Shown here in pieces: positions 1-14,447 of a stretch of 64,000 bases of DNA. Source of the stretch: the human T2T-CHM13v2.0 reference genome, Homo sapiens. Made by a program: the position numbers and the translations under genes. The notes under the pieces were generated by a model, which worked only from the letters and a program-made list of their open reading frames with translations, ran no database searches and had not been told where the DNA came from. Location: the NCBI RefSeq assembly GCF_009914755.1, contig NC_060937.1. One strand, given 5' to 3'. The stretch's first letter is position 1. Every line of letters starts with the position of its first letter.

Positions 1-355
1 ATTTTATTAAATTGGGTCCTTAACTACATACTTGGAAAGAGAACTGTCTGTATTTTGGTGATGTATAAAGTTTACTGTCTGTCCCCTGGGTCTGAATGAC
101 AGAAACGAATGTCCTTATCTGTATTTGCTTGTTTTCTTATTTATATAAGGCGCCAGGTAGGTAAGAGAAAAGAAACTATTTCTAACAAGTTATTTTCGTG
201 TTTACTGTTTTAAACACTAAAGATATCGATTTTAAAAGTTTCAGTTGAACAGTGAGAAGAGCAAAAAGGCCAGTAAGTCCTGTCACCTTATTTCTCTAGG
301 GGCCAGCTTCAATGCACACATTTTTGCCTGGGGCGTGTTCACAGCTTTGGGATGT

Positions 356-357
<2 letters not shown>

Positions 358-386
<29 letters not shown>
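358..386. repeat. (GT)n microsatellite, intronic
   Basis: Direct GT dinucleotide run. Confidence 0.95.
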
Positions 387-392
<6 letters not shown>

Positions 393-707
393 TGTTGTTA
401 CTGCCCATGAGTTTTGCAACCCCAGGAGCCCTAGGTTGTGGGGTTCAACTGAACCCCAGCTTTCATAAAGCTCGAGTAGAGAGGAAGTGTAGTCCATCTG
501 GGAAGATGCAGAACCTTTGTGATCTGGATCAATGCACGTTTCTTCTTGGTATCTGTGAACCTGAGAATGTAGCTTTTTTAGTTAGGGGTCTCTTCTTCTA
601 TGTAAATTCAAGGAAAAGGCCGGAATATTTGCTTTTACGTTGGATTCAGGAAAACTCAGTCATGATAGAAGCATTATGTTTTAAAATGTAGACTGAGAGT
701 TAGGATT

Positions 708-858
708 CTGCATTAGAATTCTCCCAGGGACCTGTTAAAAATGCATATTTTGAGAATTGCTGAATCAGAGTTTTAAAGGTTTGGGGCTCAGAAGTCTGCA
801 TCTTGAAAAGGCATCTCAGGTGATTCTGCTATACACGGAATGAAGTTTAAAAACCACT
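708..858. mobile_element. MER5-type hAT-Charlie remnant
   Basis: cattagaat...ttaaaaatgca...tgaatcaga...tctgcat...aggtgattctg...aaccact motif order typical of MER5. Confidence 0.6.
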
Positions 859-1349
859 CATAGAGAGTAGTAAGTAAATGCTGCTGCTAAAAAGGGCAGA
901 ACATATCTGACATCACTGATCATGTTGCTAATGTTGATCTCTGCAGCAGGTACTTTATAAAATATATACTGGTGTTAAAGCTGTTATATCTGAGCCTTGC
1001 CACAGGCACAGGCTCTCCCTCCCAGTGTGGTCACCACATAGCTGCTCTAGGAAAAATGGGAACAACGTATGACATTAGGTGTTCCTTGCATTTGACTCAT
1101 TCAAATGATTGGTATGTGCAAGAGTTTAACTAGAAAACGTTTAGACTCTTTAGTGTTTTAGTCATTATGAGTTAGAGATTAGAATGTAGTTAAATTTGTA
1201 GGGTTAGGCAGTTTTTGCAAAATGCATTAAAATGGTTAAAATGGGCTAAAACATCAGTGTTTTCTCATGGGGGTTATATTGTGTAGCAACGGAATGTTAC
1301 TTTTAATATTGAATGTAGCTAATTTTGCAACATATTTATTTACCTTTTT

Positions 1350-1772
<423 letters not shown>

Positions 1773-1808
1773 CAAAGACAATTTCTTCACTTGAGCCCTT
1801 AAAAAAGT

Positions 1809-1816
1809 AACCACTA
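1809..1816 (+). promoter_or_regulatory. miR-140-5p 8mer seed site (AACCACTA)
   Basis: Exact seed match; FGF9 is an established miR-140 target. Confidence 0.7.
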
Positions 1817-1875
1817 TAAAGGTTTCACGCGGTGGGTTCTTATTGATTCGCTGTGTCATCACATCAGCTCCACTG

Positions 1876-1883
1876 TTGCCAAA
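1876..1883 (+). promoter_or_regulatory. miR-182-5p 8mer seed site (TTGCCAAA)
   Basis: Exact seed match in the proximal UTR. Confidence 0.6.
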
Positions 1884-2000
1884 CTTTGTCGCATGCATAA
1901 TGTATGATGGAGGCTTGGATGGGAATATGCTGATTTTGTTCTGCACTTAAAGGCTTCTCCTCCTGGAGGGCTGCCTAGGGCCACTTGCTTGATTTATCAT

Positions 2001-2041
2001 GAGAGAAGAGGAGAGAGAGAGAGACTGAGCGCTAGGAGTGT

Positions 2042-2084
<43 letters not shown>

Positions 2085-2085
2085 T
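2001..2085. repeat. Compound (GA)n / (TG)n microsatellite in the FGF9 3' UTR
   Basis: GA run ~2001-2023; TG run ~2038-2085 with two TA interruptions. Confidence 0.95.
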
Positions 2086-2361
2086 AGCGGGAGATGTGGG
2101 CGGAGCGAGAGCAAAAGGACTGCGGCCTGATGCATGCTGGAAAAAGACACGCTTTTCATTTCTGATCAGTTGTACTTCATCCTATATCAGCACAGCTGCC
2201 ATACTTCGACTTATCAGGATTCTGGCTGGTGGCCTGCGCGAGGGTGCAGTCTTACTTAAAAGACTTTCAGTTAATTCTCACTGGTATCATCGCAGTGAAC
2301 TTAAAGCAAAGACCTCTTAGTAAAAAATAAAAAAAAATAAAAAATAAAAATAAAAAAAGTT

Positions 2362-2440
2362 AAATTTATTTATAGAAATTCCAAAGGCAACATTTTATTT
2401 ATTTTATATATTTATTTATTATATAGAGTTTATTTTTAAT
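2362..2440 (+). promoter_or_regulatory. AU-rich element cluster
   Basis: Overlapping ATTTA pentamers (atttattta) in a U-rich context. Confidence 0.7.
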
Positions 2441-5400
2441 GAAACATGTACAGGCCAGATAGGCATTTTGGAAGCTTTAGGCTCTGTAAGCATTAAATGG
2501 CAAAGTCCGCTATGAACCTGTGGTAAATTCATGCAAGTAGATATAATGGTGCATGGATATAAGAAATTCTAATGACCCTAATGTACTAAAGGCGACAATC
2601 TCTTTTGTGCCCATATTATTGTAAACTTATGCACATCGCTCATGACACTGAGTATTCACTCTTCAGACTGCTTGTTTCATAGCTTATCCCAGAGGATTAA
2701 AGATAAACTGGGTCTCAAACTTTGATTCTGTGTCTGCAATATTTCCTCTCTCATAAGTGACTCCACTATTGTAACTTCATGGTTGGAAAATATGAGGGTT
2801 GATATATGTCTTACTTGTTTAAATCTGTCGCAGAATATACCAAAGCTAAATAATAACTATGCTTTCATTTTAGCCGATCTCCAGAATGACAGTATTAACA
2901 TCAAACATTGTATTGATTTAGAATTCTCAAAAAAGGAAAAAAAAGTACATAGCACAGACTATTTTTTTTAAAGACGTAAGAATCAGATTAACAGGATCAT
3001 ACTTGTAAACTTTTTTTGGTTCACTTGGCTATCAAATATGAAATTATAGAAGTATCATAGGGGTCATTGTAACATCTTTTAGAGAAAATGGCTATCAGTG
3101 TGAACTGTCATAATTACGTGGTAATAGCACCCTTAGTAAAACTTGCAAAATGAAACTAATAAATCGTTATCAATAATGACAATGAGGGGGAAAGTATTAT
3201 ACTTGTTGACTGTGTTTTGTTTTTTAAAATGGTCTCCACAAGCGCTCAATTTTTTTAGAGGGGATATTACTATATAGAATATCTTTTACAAGGCTTTTAT
3301 AACATTTTATGCTGAAAAGCATAAGAATACGTATTTCTTTAGTAGCAATAATTTTGGAACTTGCCCTTGGGCAAGCGAGACTATTTCTTACTATATACTA
3401 AGGAGAAAAGAGCCAAATTCTTAAAGCAATATTTAAGAAAAAAGGAATTTATAACAAATTCTCATCTACATATGACACTTTCTAGCCAGTTGTGTTGAGA
3501 AGTGCAAAGTGACGGTTTAAACATGTGTTGGGATTTATTGAACTAATTTTAAAATTTACTATTCAAACTTTATTTTGCTCTGATGCACATTCTCTATGAA
3601 AAATAAAAGTGTGTCACTGGTGAGTGACAGCTGTTATGAGCTAGAAGCGCATGACTTATTGTGACGATGTCTTGCCTTTCTGTGGTCCAAGTTGGAGTAC
3701 ATGGCAATGCCCTCCTGCTGATGTGCATTAAGGAAAATCTAAGTCTAATATTTGGAATTAAGATATATTTTAGGGGGAGGGGACAGAAGCAATGTAAAAT
3801 AGTTGATTTATGATAAAGCTCAGAATGTCCTCTTCATTTATTTTCTTGTTTTATTTTCCTTTCTAAACAGAAACTGCATTTAATTCCAAAAAGTAGTATT
3901 CTTATTTATTATTTAACCCTTTGCTGCTGCTAAAATGTGCACATATTCAGGCTTTAGTTTTTCCAAAAGGCATTTTTTTTTTGGCTGAAAAATATTAAAC
4001 ATTTGACCACAGGGAAGAATCAAGTTTCTAGGATGTCATAGGTATACTATGTAGCACTGAAAAAATTGATTTTAGGTGACAGCCAAAAGTAGTCTTAAAG
4101 TAGCATGAGACCTTAGATAATCGACCTAAAAGAAAGAAAATTGTGAAAAAGACAAAAATCTTCATGCATTCCTATAAAACGCTACTTTAAGGTCTACTTT
4201 TGGAGTTAATTTTGTTTGGTACTTTTTTTTTTTTTAAGACGAGCAAATTGTTATATGCTTTTGGCAATTGATACAATAAACTGTAATGGTCTGTAAATAA
4301 ATAAATATTGACTCATGCGATTTATGTAAATAGTGGAACTGGGAGAGTGGATGGCTCAGGGTTTCGGTGTGGGCATTGTCTCTTGGGCAGTAGAGTGAGT
4401 CATCCCCAGCTCATGGGTTTGCATCCAGTTCTTGTCTTAAGAGACCCAAAGCCCAGTGAATGGCAGCCCTGAGCCACTGTGGAATGGGGGTTCTGGTTTC
4501 ACAAACAGATGCTTAGATAGCCAAACCACTGTCTTGTTGGTGCCAACACTTGCACTGTGGTCAAAGACTTACCGAGCATGGGCTGAACAACCTTCCCATC
4601 TGTCATGTGAATGTCCCCAAGCAGTGGTGAAGGACATGCTAGGTCAGTGTTGGGGAACCTGCCCTGCCAGGTCCTGTTTTGTAGATAAACAAATGGCTGC
4701 CTTCTGGTGTTTTTATTCTATTTCATCTCATTAACACTACAACCTTGTGTTATTTACTTGATAATCTGTAATTGTATGTAAATACATACAGGATTATGTA
4801 ATTTGTGTAAATACATAATTACAGAGTTTTGAAAACTGGTATTTTTTACTTGATGTCCATTTTGGAGCTGCTTCACATTCTGTGCCTACATGAGCCAATG
4901 GAATTTAAAAAGCATGTTCTCCTTGCTCTTACAGCTGTGCTATGTGTTGAGGGGTTGAGGGTTATGGGGGATGGAGGGGAAGGAACAAACATATCCAGAT
5001 GTGTTCTCTCTGTAAGTGTTCGATGAAGAAGCAAGTCATGTTCTGGGATGAAGATTTATGAACTTGGAGCAAGCGAGGCTAAGTGTGTGTGCACATTTAC
5101 GTGGACGGGTGAATGGACAAAGTCATATTGTTTGACGTCAGATTCTGTTTGCTGCATCACTTGACCTTGAAATGTGCCAAATTTAGATCCACTGTTTGTG
5201 GTCACTTGCACGAAAAAGCAATGAAATGGTGGGGGTCGGGGAGTATGCCAGATGAATAGAAAGAAATATTAGCCACCAAGGCCCTCTCAAGTGTACGTGT
5301 GTATACATGTGGCCTACGTGCTCTATGATACCCACATGCATCCAGAGACATTTCACATTTTAAAACTTATATTTTATTCTTAAAAGTGGAATGGGGAGGA

Positions 5401-5880
5401 ATTATAACAATAAACTGCGTTTACTTCCTTAGGACACGGTCCAAAATTCAGGGCTTCAGGTTTGTAGGATGGACCCTGGCCACAGAATGTTTGGTCACAA
5501 ATGTGTGAATAAACGGCTCAAAGTGTGATTTGTACCTTTTACTTGCAGCACGCTTCTATCATTGCCCTGAGGTCTTTAGAAAAAACTTTTTGAAGTACCC
5601 TTCATTAGAGAGGAACATGCAGAAATAAGAAATAGACACTTCTGTAATTTTCTTTTGGAAGAAATTGAAAATGAATATTCTTAATGTGTATTCTCCACCA
5701 GCTTAGTCACCAGATTGCTAGACAGACATCTGGCTCTTAGGTCAGCCAGTTATGAGGCCTCTTTGCTGTTTGGGTTCATAGGAAAAGAAAATTCTTACTT
5801 AAAATTCTCATTATTCTCCAGCCATATTCCAGCTTATATATTGGAAAATTTTTTTAATTTAATTTTAATTTAAAAATTTG

Positions 5881-6299
<419 letters not shown>

Positions 6300-7357
6300 T
6301 TATTATTATTGTAATGATCCTATTAGTAGACTCAGGAAAATCTGGAATTAAAAGGAGTTAAAAGAAAAAGTTGTGTTTGAGAGCATTCAGAGCTGAACAA
6401 CCAGTGCTGCCCTCCTCACACTGGGGAAGGGCAAGCATTATTGACAATGTTCATGGTCCAGCTTGGAGAAACTTATTTTTGGAAACACTCATGCAGGCTT
6501 TTTCCTTACCATTTTGTGGGATGTTGCAAAACATTCTCTAAGTTCCTCCTGGCTGTTGCCTCTAGCTCCTGGTGTATGCACAGGCACAGGGTTGCAGCCT
6601 GGTGAGATTTCTGTTTCTTACCACTTACTAATAAGAGGGCTCTTCCTAGTCTGTGAAGATGTTAGAATTACAACTCCTGTTTCAGAGGGAAGCAATACTC
6701 CAGATGTCCCCTTACTCTGTGGTTGACCACACTCGTCCTCCCTCTTTCCTGCCTATTTTTCTTCTCAGTCCCCTCCCTCCTTCCTTAATTTCATTATGTG
6801 GAGCTGGAGTCAGGATGAAGAAGACAGACACGTCACTGGTGGCACACACACAGTTTAGACAAATAGACATCATGGTGCATCGTGATGAATACTGGGATAA
6901 GGAAGGTACTGGGAGCTGTAGAAAGTAAGTTGCACGCAATCCGGACTTACAAGGGCCCAGGGATGTGATGTTTACGGTGAAACGCAAAGAATGAGAAGGG
7001 TTACGGAAAAGACAGCTATAGATTCTCTGGCGTTCTATATGTGTCAAGAAAGTGCTTTCTCCCTTGTGAACTTGGGCTTATTCTATCTCTGATGTTTCCC
7101 AGATAACCGTGGCTGAGCCTGACATAAAAGTGACGTAAAAAGCCTGAGGTAAAAAGTGCTGGCTGATGGGCCAGCTTTGGTCTTGCAGGGTTTCCTAAGC
7201 CTTGTGTGGGGGTGTTGGTTCGTGGAGACAATCAGAACACAGTCTTTGCGTCAGATCAGCTTTGTTGCCCTGGGCTCACCTGTGGCCTCTTTCAGAATGC
7301 TCTTCTGTTGTTCTTGGTTTCTTTCCAGAGAGAGGTTATCCTACTCATTTGTGTTTT

Positions 7358-7659
<302 letters not shown>

Positions 7660-10135
7660 CTACATGTTTTTATTAACGTTACTTATTTTAATTATCCCTC
7701 TCACATTTGCCTCATGTCACAGGCAATATCTGCAGTGTAAAAATAATTAAAATACAGGAAAATAAAAGAGGCAAAAACATAATCTTTAAAATATCCAGTT
7801 CATTCTTTCAATGAATTTGTATTGAGCAACTGCTATATGATATGAAACAGGGCTGGGGATATAGTAGTAAAAAATAAGACAACATTCTGATCTTGTTACT
7901 TAAATACCAAGCTGAGTTCTATGTCAATGAATCTATAGACACATGGTACCTGCTCAAGAAACTGTAGGACTGGGATGCCCACATCCAAAGAAATTAGGAC
8001 ACCTCGGCAATTCTTCATGAACTTTGCTCTTCTTCAACTATGTATTTAATTTACCTTAATATGTAAGAACTCAGTTCAAAGCAGCGCTATTCAAGTTCTG
8101 TTGGTTTAAGTAGGATGGCATGGAAAGAATGTCCTCAAATTTGATGATACAGATTGTTTCGGTAGATGAGCAACTGCTTGGCAGAAAATGAGTTTCTTTT
8201 GAAATAAACAGAATGTAGTCCAGCCTGTTCCCTGACCTCCTCTCCTTGGGAAAATTCAAAGGAAAAGGCAATGGCATTCCAAGTTTTTCAGTTGTAGATT
8301 TGTGATGTCTTTTAAGGGTATGAGAGCTCAGTGAAGACATCACTTAGTGGGCTAAAAGGACTGATGGAGCTTGGAAAATGCCTCCTCTTCTCCCATTAAA
8401 CCCTTCTCATTGGAATGTCAATGGGCATCTAATATATAGTCATAGGTTTAATGCCAGAGAGATGAAATTGTACATCTTGGTTAGAGAGATGAAACCTTTC
8501 ATTTTGCTCATCTTCACCAAATGACAAATCCGTAATTAATCTGTCTCTGGATTCCTTGTGGCTTGCTTTGATTTCCTTTCCTAGTTGAGAGGGTGGACCA
8601 TGGATTCCTACTCTCTTGGGTCTCCCTTTCCCTATCCCATGTTTAAAGAGTAGAAATGTTTAGGTTCATATTACAGAATAAGTAGAACGGACAGAGTGTG
8701 ATGGATGGTCTTTAGAATTTTCTCAGAAGAGTCTTATGATCTTAAATTTGGCTTAGGAAATAAGAGTGAATTGAATCAGAGCAGTATTCAAAGCAGGGCA
8801 TCTTGGCAAACAAAGAAACTCTCCATTCTTCAGGAGATACTTCATGACTGACACTGGTTGAGTAAAGCCTAAACATTTCCACGATGCTGCCATTCACCTA
8901 GCATCTGAAGTGCCATCTGGAGATAGATGAGGGTTATGAATGACTCTTGGTAAGTGGGCACAAAATTAGAAATCAGGCCATTTCTTCTGATTATTTGCTT
9001 CAAAGAAGGGACTTACAATTTGTAGTGACTCTAATGTGCCTAATGTATGCTTCCTCTTTCTTCCTCTTGGCATATTTCCTGTGCAAGCAGGCTGAATTCT
9101 ACTATTTTCATCTCAGAGCATTCATTTTGTTCCAGATGCAAAATGCTTATTTCTTTTAAAATATAGATTATTGGGTGGAAGAGTTGTATTGAATTAACAA
9201 TGCTTTTTGTTGAAGTGGATAAATTCACCTGACTGAAAATATAGTCTAGTCACCTCTAATCCATATCCATGAGCCCAAAAGCAGATTTCTGTGTTTTGGC
9301 CCCATTCTGTATTCCATGTGGTCCTAAATGTGTTTCAAAAGTATCAGTACCTTGAAATGGCCAAATTACATCTCAGATGAGTTGTTTTATGTCCTAATGA
9401 ACTGATTTTAATAGACACTTGGGTTGTATATATTTTTTCAAATATCAAAATGTCAGCTTATAGGAGAATTAAAATACAAATAGCAAATATTATAGTATGA
9501 ATAATAAAGGTTATTTTTGTAGTCATGAATCATATTTGATGCCTTTTTAAAACAACAACAACAACAACAACAAACCTTTAAAAACTGGCCAACAGTTGAA
9601 GTTTAGTCTTAGGTAAACCCACGATTTTTCACCATGTCTATAATTCCCATATAGCTTAGAACCTGACCAAAATTCAAGTGAAGGGAACTTTTCATTGAAA
9701 CTTACTAATATATTCAGCAAGCAATTATTGATAAATACTATGTTCTAAGATTAAAGTAAAAACAATTATTAAAATCTGTTTTCATGTACAATATAAATAT
9801 ATATTGATCCGTATGGTTTTTGCATGCCTCTTGTAGAAGTGAGGTGAACTAATTTTCATGAGCTCTTTTTTCTTGTCTTCCTTATGGAAAATACCACTCC
9901 TTGGTGGGGAAAGGGACTGGGATATGACTTAAAATAGAGACTATCTCTTTAAAGTAAGTACTTTAAATAACAGACCTAGGCCATTTGGAAATATTTTGTT
10001 TCTCATTCAGCTGGGTGCTTAAAATTGTTCCCAAAAGAATTCCTCTTGGTTTGATTTTGAATTGTGCTTCTGAAAAATAAAACATACATAAAGTCAATAT
10101 GTGGTGATTTAGCATACCTTTTTGGCATGTTTTAT

Positions 10136-10353
10136 AATGATTAGTTCTATATTTTTAGTTCAGGACAGTAGTTAAGATTCAAAATTCCTATGTGACTGTT
10201 TTTATCTCAGAAACATGTGACAGCTTGTCATGAGGCTATCTTATTTGGGAACCACACCCAGTAGTTCTGAGCACGCTCAAGGAACTATATTAAGGAGCAT
10301 GTGGCAAATGTATGAACAATTTATAAATATATTTGATTAGCTACTACTCTCTA
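10136..10353 (+). repeat. Diverged direct repeat, copy 1 (partner at 16926-17135)
   Basis: aatgattagttctatatttttagttcag...ctactactctcta aligns co-linearly with copy 2. Confidence 0.9.
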
Positions 10354-10807
10354 GAAAGGGGCTGTGAACTGATTAGTGCATGAGTTTCAGGAACCTTCTT
10401 AAGGACAGGGAAAGAACCACCCTAAAACATGAGAGGTAACAGTGCTTGGCACTTACAAAGGGCCAGGAAGAGTGCTTGTTCCTACAGCCAGACTAGAAAA
10501 CGTCAAGATTCACAGAGACCTGGGTAGAGTACAGAGAAGGGTTTTGCCTCGGTTATGGAGAACAATTAGTCCTAAACACTTTTCCAGCCCCACCTAACAT
10601 ATTTTAAAAGCAACACCAAAAAGGATAAAACTATATTCAAGAGGCTCATCCCAGAGCAAAGCTCAATAATATGTATAGAATTAAAAAAATCCACCACCCA
10701 AGAAGATAAACAATGCCTGGCATCCAACCAAAAGCCACCAGACATGCAAAGAGGCAGGAAAATGTAACTCATACTAAGGAGAAAAAGATCAGTCAATTCA
10801 ACCTGAC

Positions 10808-11214
10808 TGTGTTAGGTCATTCTTGTATGGCTATAAAGAAATACCTAAGACTGGGTAACTTATGAAGAAAAGAGGCTTATTTGGCTCGCAGTTCTGCAGG
10901 CTGTACAGGAAGCATGGTGCTGGCATCTGCTTGGCTTCCGGTGAGGGCCTCAGGAAGCTGACAGTCATGGCAGAAGGTGAAGCGGGAGTGGGCGTCTCAC
11001 ATGGTGAGAGCGGGAGCAAGAGAGAGAAAGTGGGGAGGGGAGGTGCTACACACTTTTAAACAACCAGATCTCATGAGAACTCACTATCACGAGGACAGCA
11101 CCAAGTCATGAGGGATCCACCCCCATGACCCAAACACCTCCCACCAGGCCCCATCTCCAACACTGGGGATTACATTTCAACATCAGATTTGCGGGGACAA
11201 ACCAAATTATATCA
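10808..11214 (-). mobile_element. MST (MaLR) solo LTR nested in L1M
   Basis: TG...CA termini, MSTA/B-type internal motifs, 5-bp TSD CTGAC at 10803-10807 and 11215-11219. Confidence 0.92.
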
Positions 11215-11792
11215 CTGACCTAGAAATAGAAAGATGTTAGAATGAGTAGAAAAATACATGGAAACAGTTTTTATAACTGTGTTCTACATTTTCAAAAAGA
11301 GACATGGAAGATACAAGAACAGATTAAAATTTGACTTCTAGAGACGAAAACTACAATGTGTGAGATGAAAAATACACTAGAATGAAGGTATTTTAAAAAT
11401 GGCAATTTAAAGCAAAAGAAAAGATAAATTCTCTTGAAATTACAGCAATAGAGACTAAAATGAAAAGCAGAGGAAAGAGAATTTAAAAATATTGAACTGT
11501 GGGACAACTTCAAGTAGCTCAATATGTATGTAATTGGAGTCTCCAAAAGAGATGAGAGGGAGAAGAGGAGGAAAAAAAATTTGGATAAATAATGGTCAGA
11601 AAATTTCTAAATTTGATAAAAAACTGTAGACATACAGATCTGGGATGCTCAATAAACCTCATGTATAAGGAAAACAAAAAAATCCAACTATACCAATGCA
11701 CATGATAATCAAATTGCTGACAACCATTGATAAGAGAAAATCTGAAAAGCAGCCCTTTAAAAAACACACTGCTTACAGAGGAACAAAGTTAA

Positions 11793-12100
<308 letters not shown>

Positions 12101-12268
12101 TAATATCTTAAAAGTACTGAAAGAACAAAGCTGTGAAACTAGAATTATATACCTAGCAACAATATATTTCAAAAACAAAGGTGAAGATTTTTTTCTGACC
12201 TACAAAAACTGAAAGAATTCATCAGCTGACCCTGACATGCTGTAAGAAATGTTAAAATTGTAAATGTT

Positions 12269-12560
12269 GGCCGGGCGTGGTGGCTCACACCTGTAATCCC
12301 AGCAATTTGGGAGGCCGAGGTGGGCGGATCACGAGGTCAGGAGATCGAGACCATCCTGCCTAACATGGTGAAACCCCGTCTCTACTAAAAATACAAACAA
12401 TTAGCCAGGCGTGGTGGTGGGCACCTGTGGTCTCAGCTACTCAGGAGGCTGAGGCAGGAGAATGGTATGAACCCAGAAGGCAGAGCTTGCAATGAGCCGA
12501 GATCGTGCCACTGCACTCCAGCCTGGGTGACAGAGTGAGACTCTGTCTCAAAAAAAAAAA
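12269..12560 (+). mobile_element. Alu (AluY/Sc-like), full length
   Basis: GGCCGGGCGTGG start, ggatcacgaggtcaggagatcgagacc, poly(A). Confidence 0.95.
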
Positions 12561-13576
12561 ATTTTTTTAATGTTAATTGTTGATGTTAAAAATGTTAAAA
12601 TCCTTCAGGAAGAAGGACAAAGATACCACATGAAAATATGGATCTATACAAAGGACTGAAGAACACCAGAAATGATAACTATGTGAATAAATGTATAATA
12701 TTTTTTCTTTTTATTCAAATCATTTAAAAAGATAATTGACTTTAAAAATAATAACAATGTGGTGTGAAATTTATTGCCTATGTAAAAGTAAAATAGATGA
12801 CAGCAATAGTACGAACCTGGGAGGGTGTTAATGAAAACTTATTATTGTAAGGTTCTCATATTACACCTGAAGTGGTATATTACAACAAGTTAAAAGATGT
12901 GTGGTATCAATCCTAAATCAATCACTAAAATAATAAAGAGCTATAACAAGATGATATAGTTAAACCTACCCATACTAATAATCACATTAAATGTAAATAG
13001 CCTAAACACCCAGAGGCAGAGATTGTCAGATTTTCAAAAGCAAGACCCAACTATATGCTGCCTATAAGACAGACATGTTAAATATAAAGACACAGATAGG
13101 ATAAAAGTAAAAGAATGAAAAAATGTACACCATGCTAACAATAATTAAAAGAAAGCAGGAATGGCTATGTTAATGCCAGACAAGATGATCTCACAGAAGA
13201 GAATATTATCAGGGATAAAGAAGATCATGTCAAAATAATAAAGGGGTCGATTCATCAATAAAACATAAAAATCCAAAATGTTTGCGTACCTAATAAACAG
13301 AGCTTTAATGTGCATGAAGCAACATGTGATAAAACCTCAAGGAGAAATACACAAATTCACAATTATAATTTCAGATTTCAATAACCTTCTTCCAATAATT
13401 GATAGAACAAGTAAACAGCACATTATTACCAGTACAGAATGTTTATACAGTACTATCAAACAATATGATCTAATTGATATTTATAGAAGACTCCATCCAA
13501 CAATAGTGTATTACATAGTCTTTTCAAGCACACAAGGAATATTTACCAAGGTATTCTGAGCCATAAAACATATCTC

Positions 13577-14147
13577 TTGTAAATTTGTTTAAGTTCTTTG
13601 TAGATTCAGGATATTAGCCCTTTGTCAGATGGGTAGATTGTAAAAATTTTCTCCCATTCAGTATGTTGCCTGTTCACTCTGATGGTAGTTTCTTTTGCTG
13701 TGCAGAAGCTCTTTAGTTTAATTAGATCCCATTTGTCAATTTTGGCTTTTGTTGCCACTGCTTTTGGTGTTTTAGTCATGAAGTCCTTGCCCATGCCTAT
13801 GTCCTGAATGGATGAGTTCATGTCCTTTGTAGGGATATGGATGAAGCTGGAAACCATCATTCTGATCAAACTATCACAAGGACAGAAAACCAAACACCAC
13901 ATATTCTCACTCATAGGTGGGAATTGAACAATGAGAACACTTGGACACAGGGTGAGGAACATCACTCACCGGGGCCTGTCATGGGGTCGGGGGAGGGGGG
14001 AGGGATAGCATTAGGAGATACACTCAATGTAAATGATGAGTTAATGGGTGCAGCACACCAACGTGGCATATGTATACATATGTAACAAACCTGCACGTTG
14101 TGCACATGTACCCTAGAACTTAAAGTATAATTAAACAACAACAACAA
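13577..14147 (+). mobile_element. Young L1PA insertion with 5' inversion (twin priming)
   Basis: 13577-~13811 is antisense L1 ORF2 (minus frame ...[15 protein letters not shown]...[19 protein letters not shown]); ~13811-14147 is the sense L1PA 3' end; TSD AAAACATATCTC at 13565-13576 and 14148-14159. Confidence 0.92.
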
Positions 14148-14447
14148 AAAACATATCTCAATACATTTAGAAGCATTCACAAAAGTATGTTCTCTGGCAA
14201 TGGAATTCAATTACTGGAGAGATCTGTGGATAATCCCCAAATACTGGAAACTAAATGATATCCTTTTACCCAAGGCTCAAAGAAGAAATCAACAGTGAAA
14301 TTATAAAGTCACTTGAATTGAATAAAAATTGAAATACAATATATCAAAAATTCTAGACCACTGCTAAAGTACAGACCAATATCCCTCATGAATATGGATA
14401 CAAACTTTCCAGTAAAAGAAAGTTTCTTTCTATTACTAATTTATTAT

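Larger units (their letters stand above)
1773..4835 (+). other. FGF9: FGF9 3' UTR (distal end approximate; several alternative poly(A) signals)
   Basis: AT-rich, with no recognisable transposon. AATAAA at 2326-2354 (cluster), 3158, 3602, 4275 and 4296/4300; AATACA at 4781 and 4810, followed by a U-rich tract at 4838-4856. Confidence 0.7.

Noticed and set aside
245-691. 148-aa ORF with CVCVCV
   Set aside because: Intronic, non-ATG start, runs through a (GT)n microsatellite, no recognisable family.
13278-14210. ORFs resembling endonuclease/reverse transcriptase
   Set aside because: Short decayed L1 ORF2 fragments; the 119-aa ORF is a chimera across an inversion junction. Not an active element.
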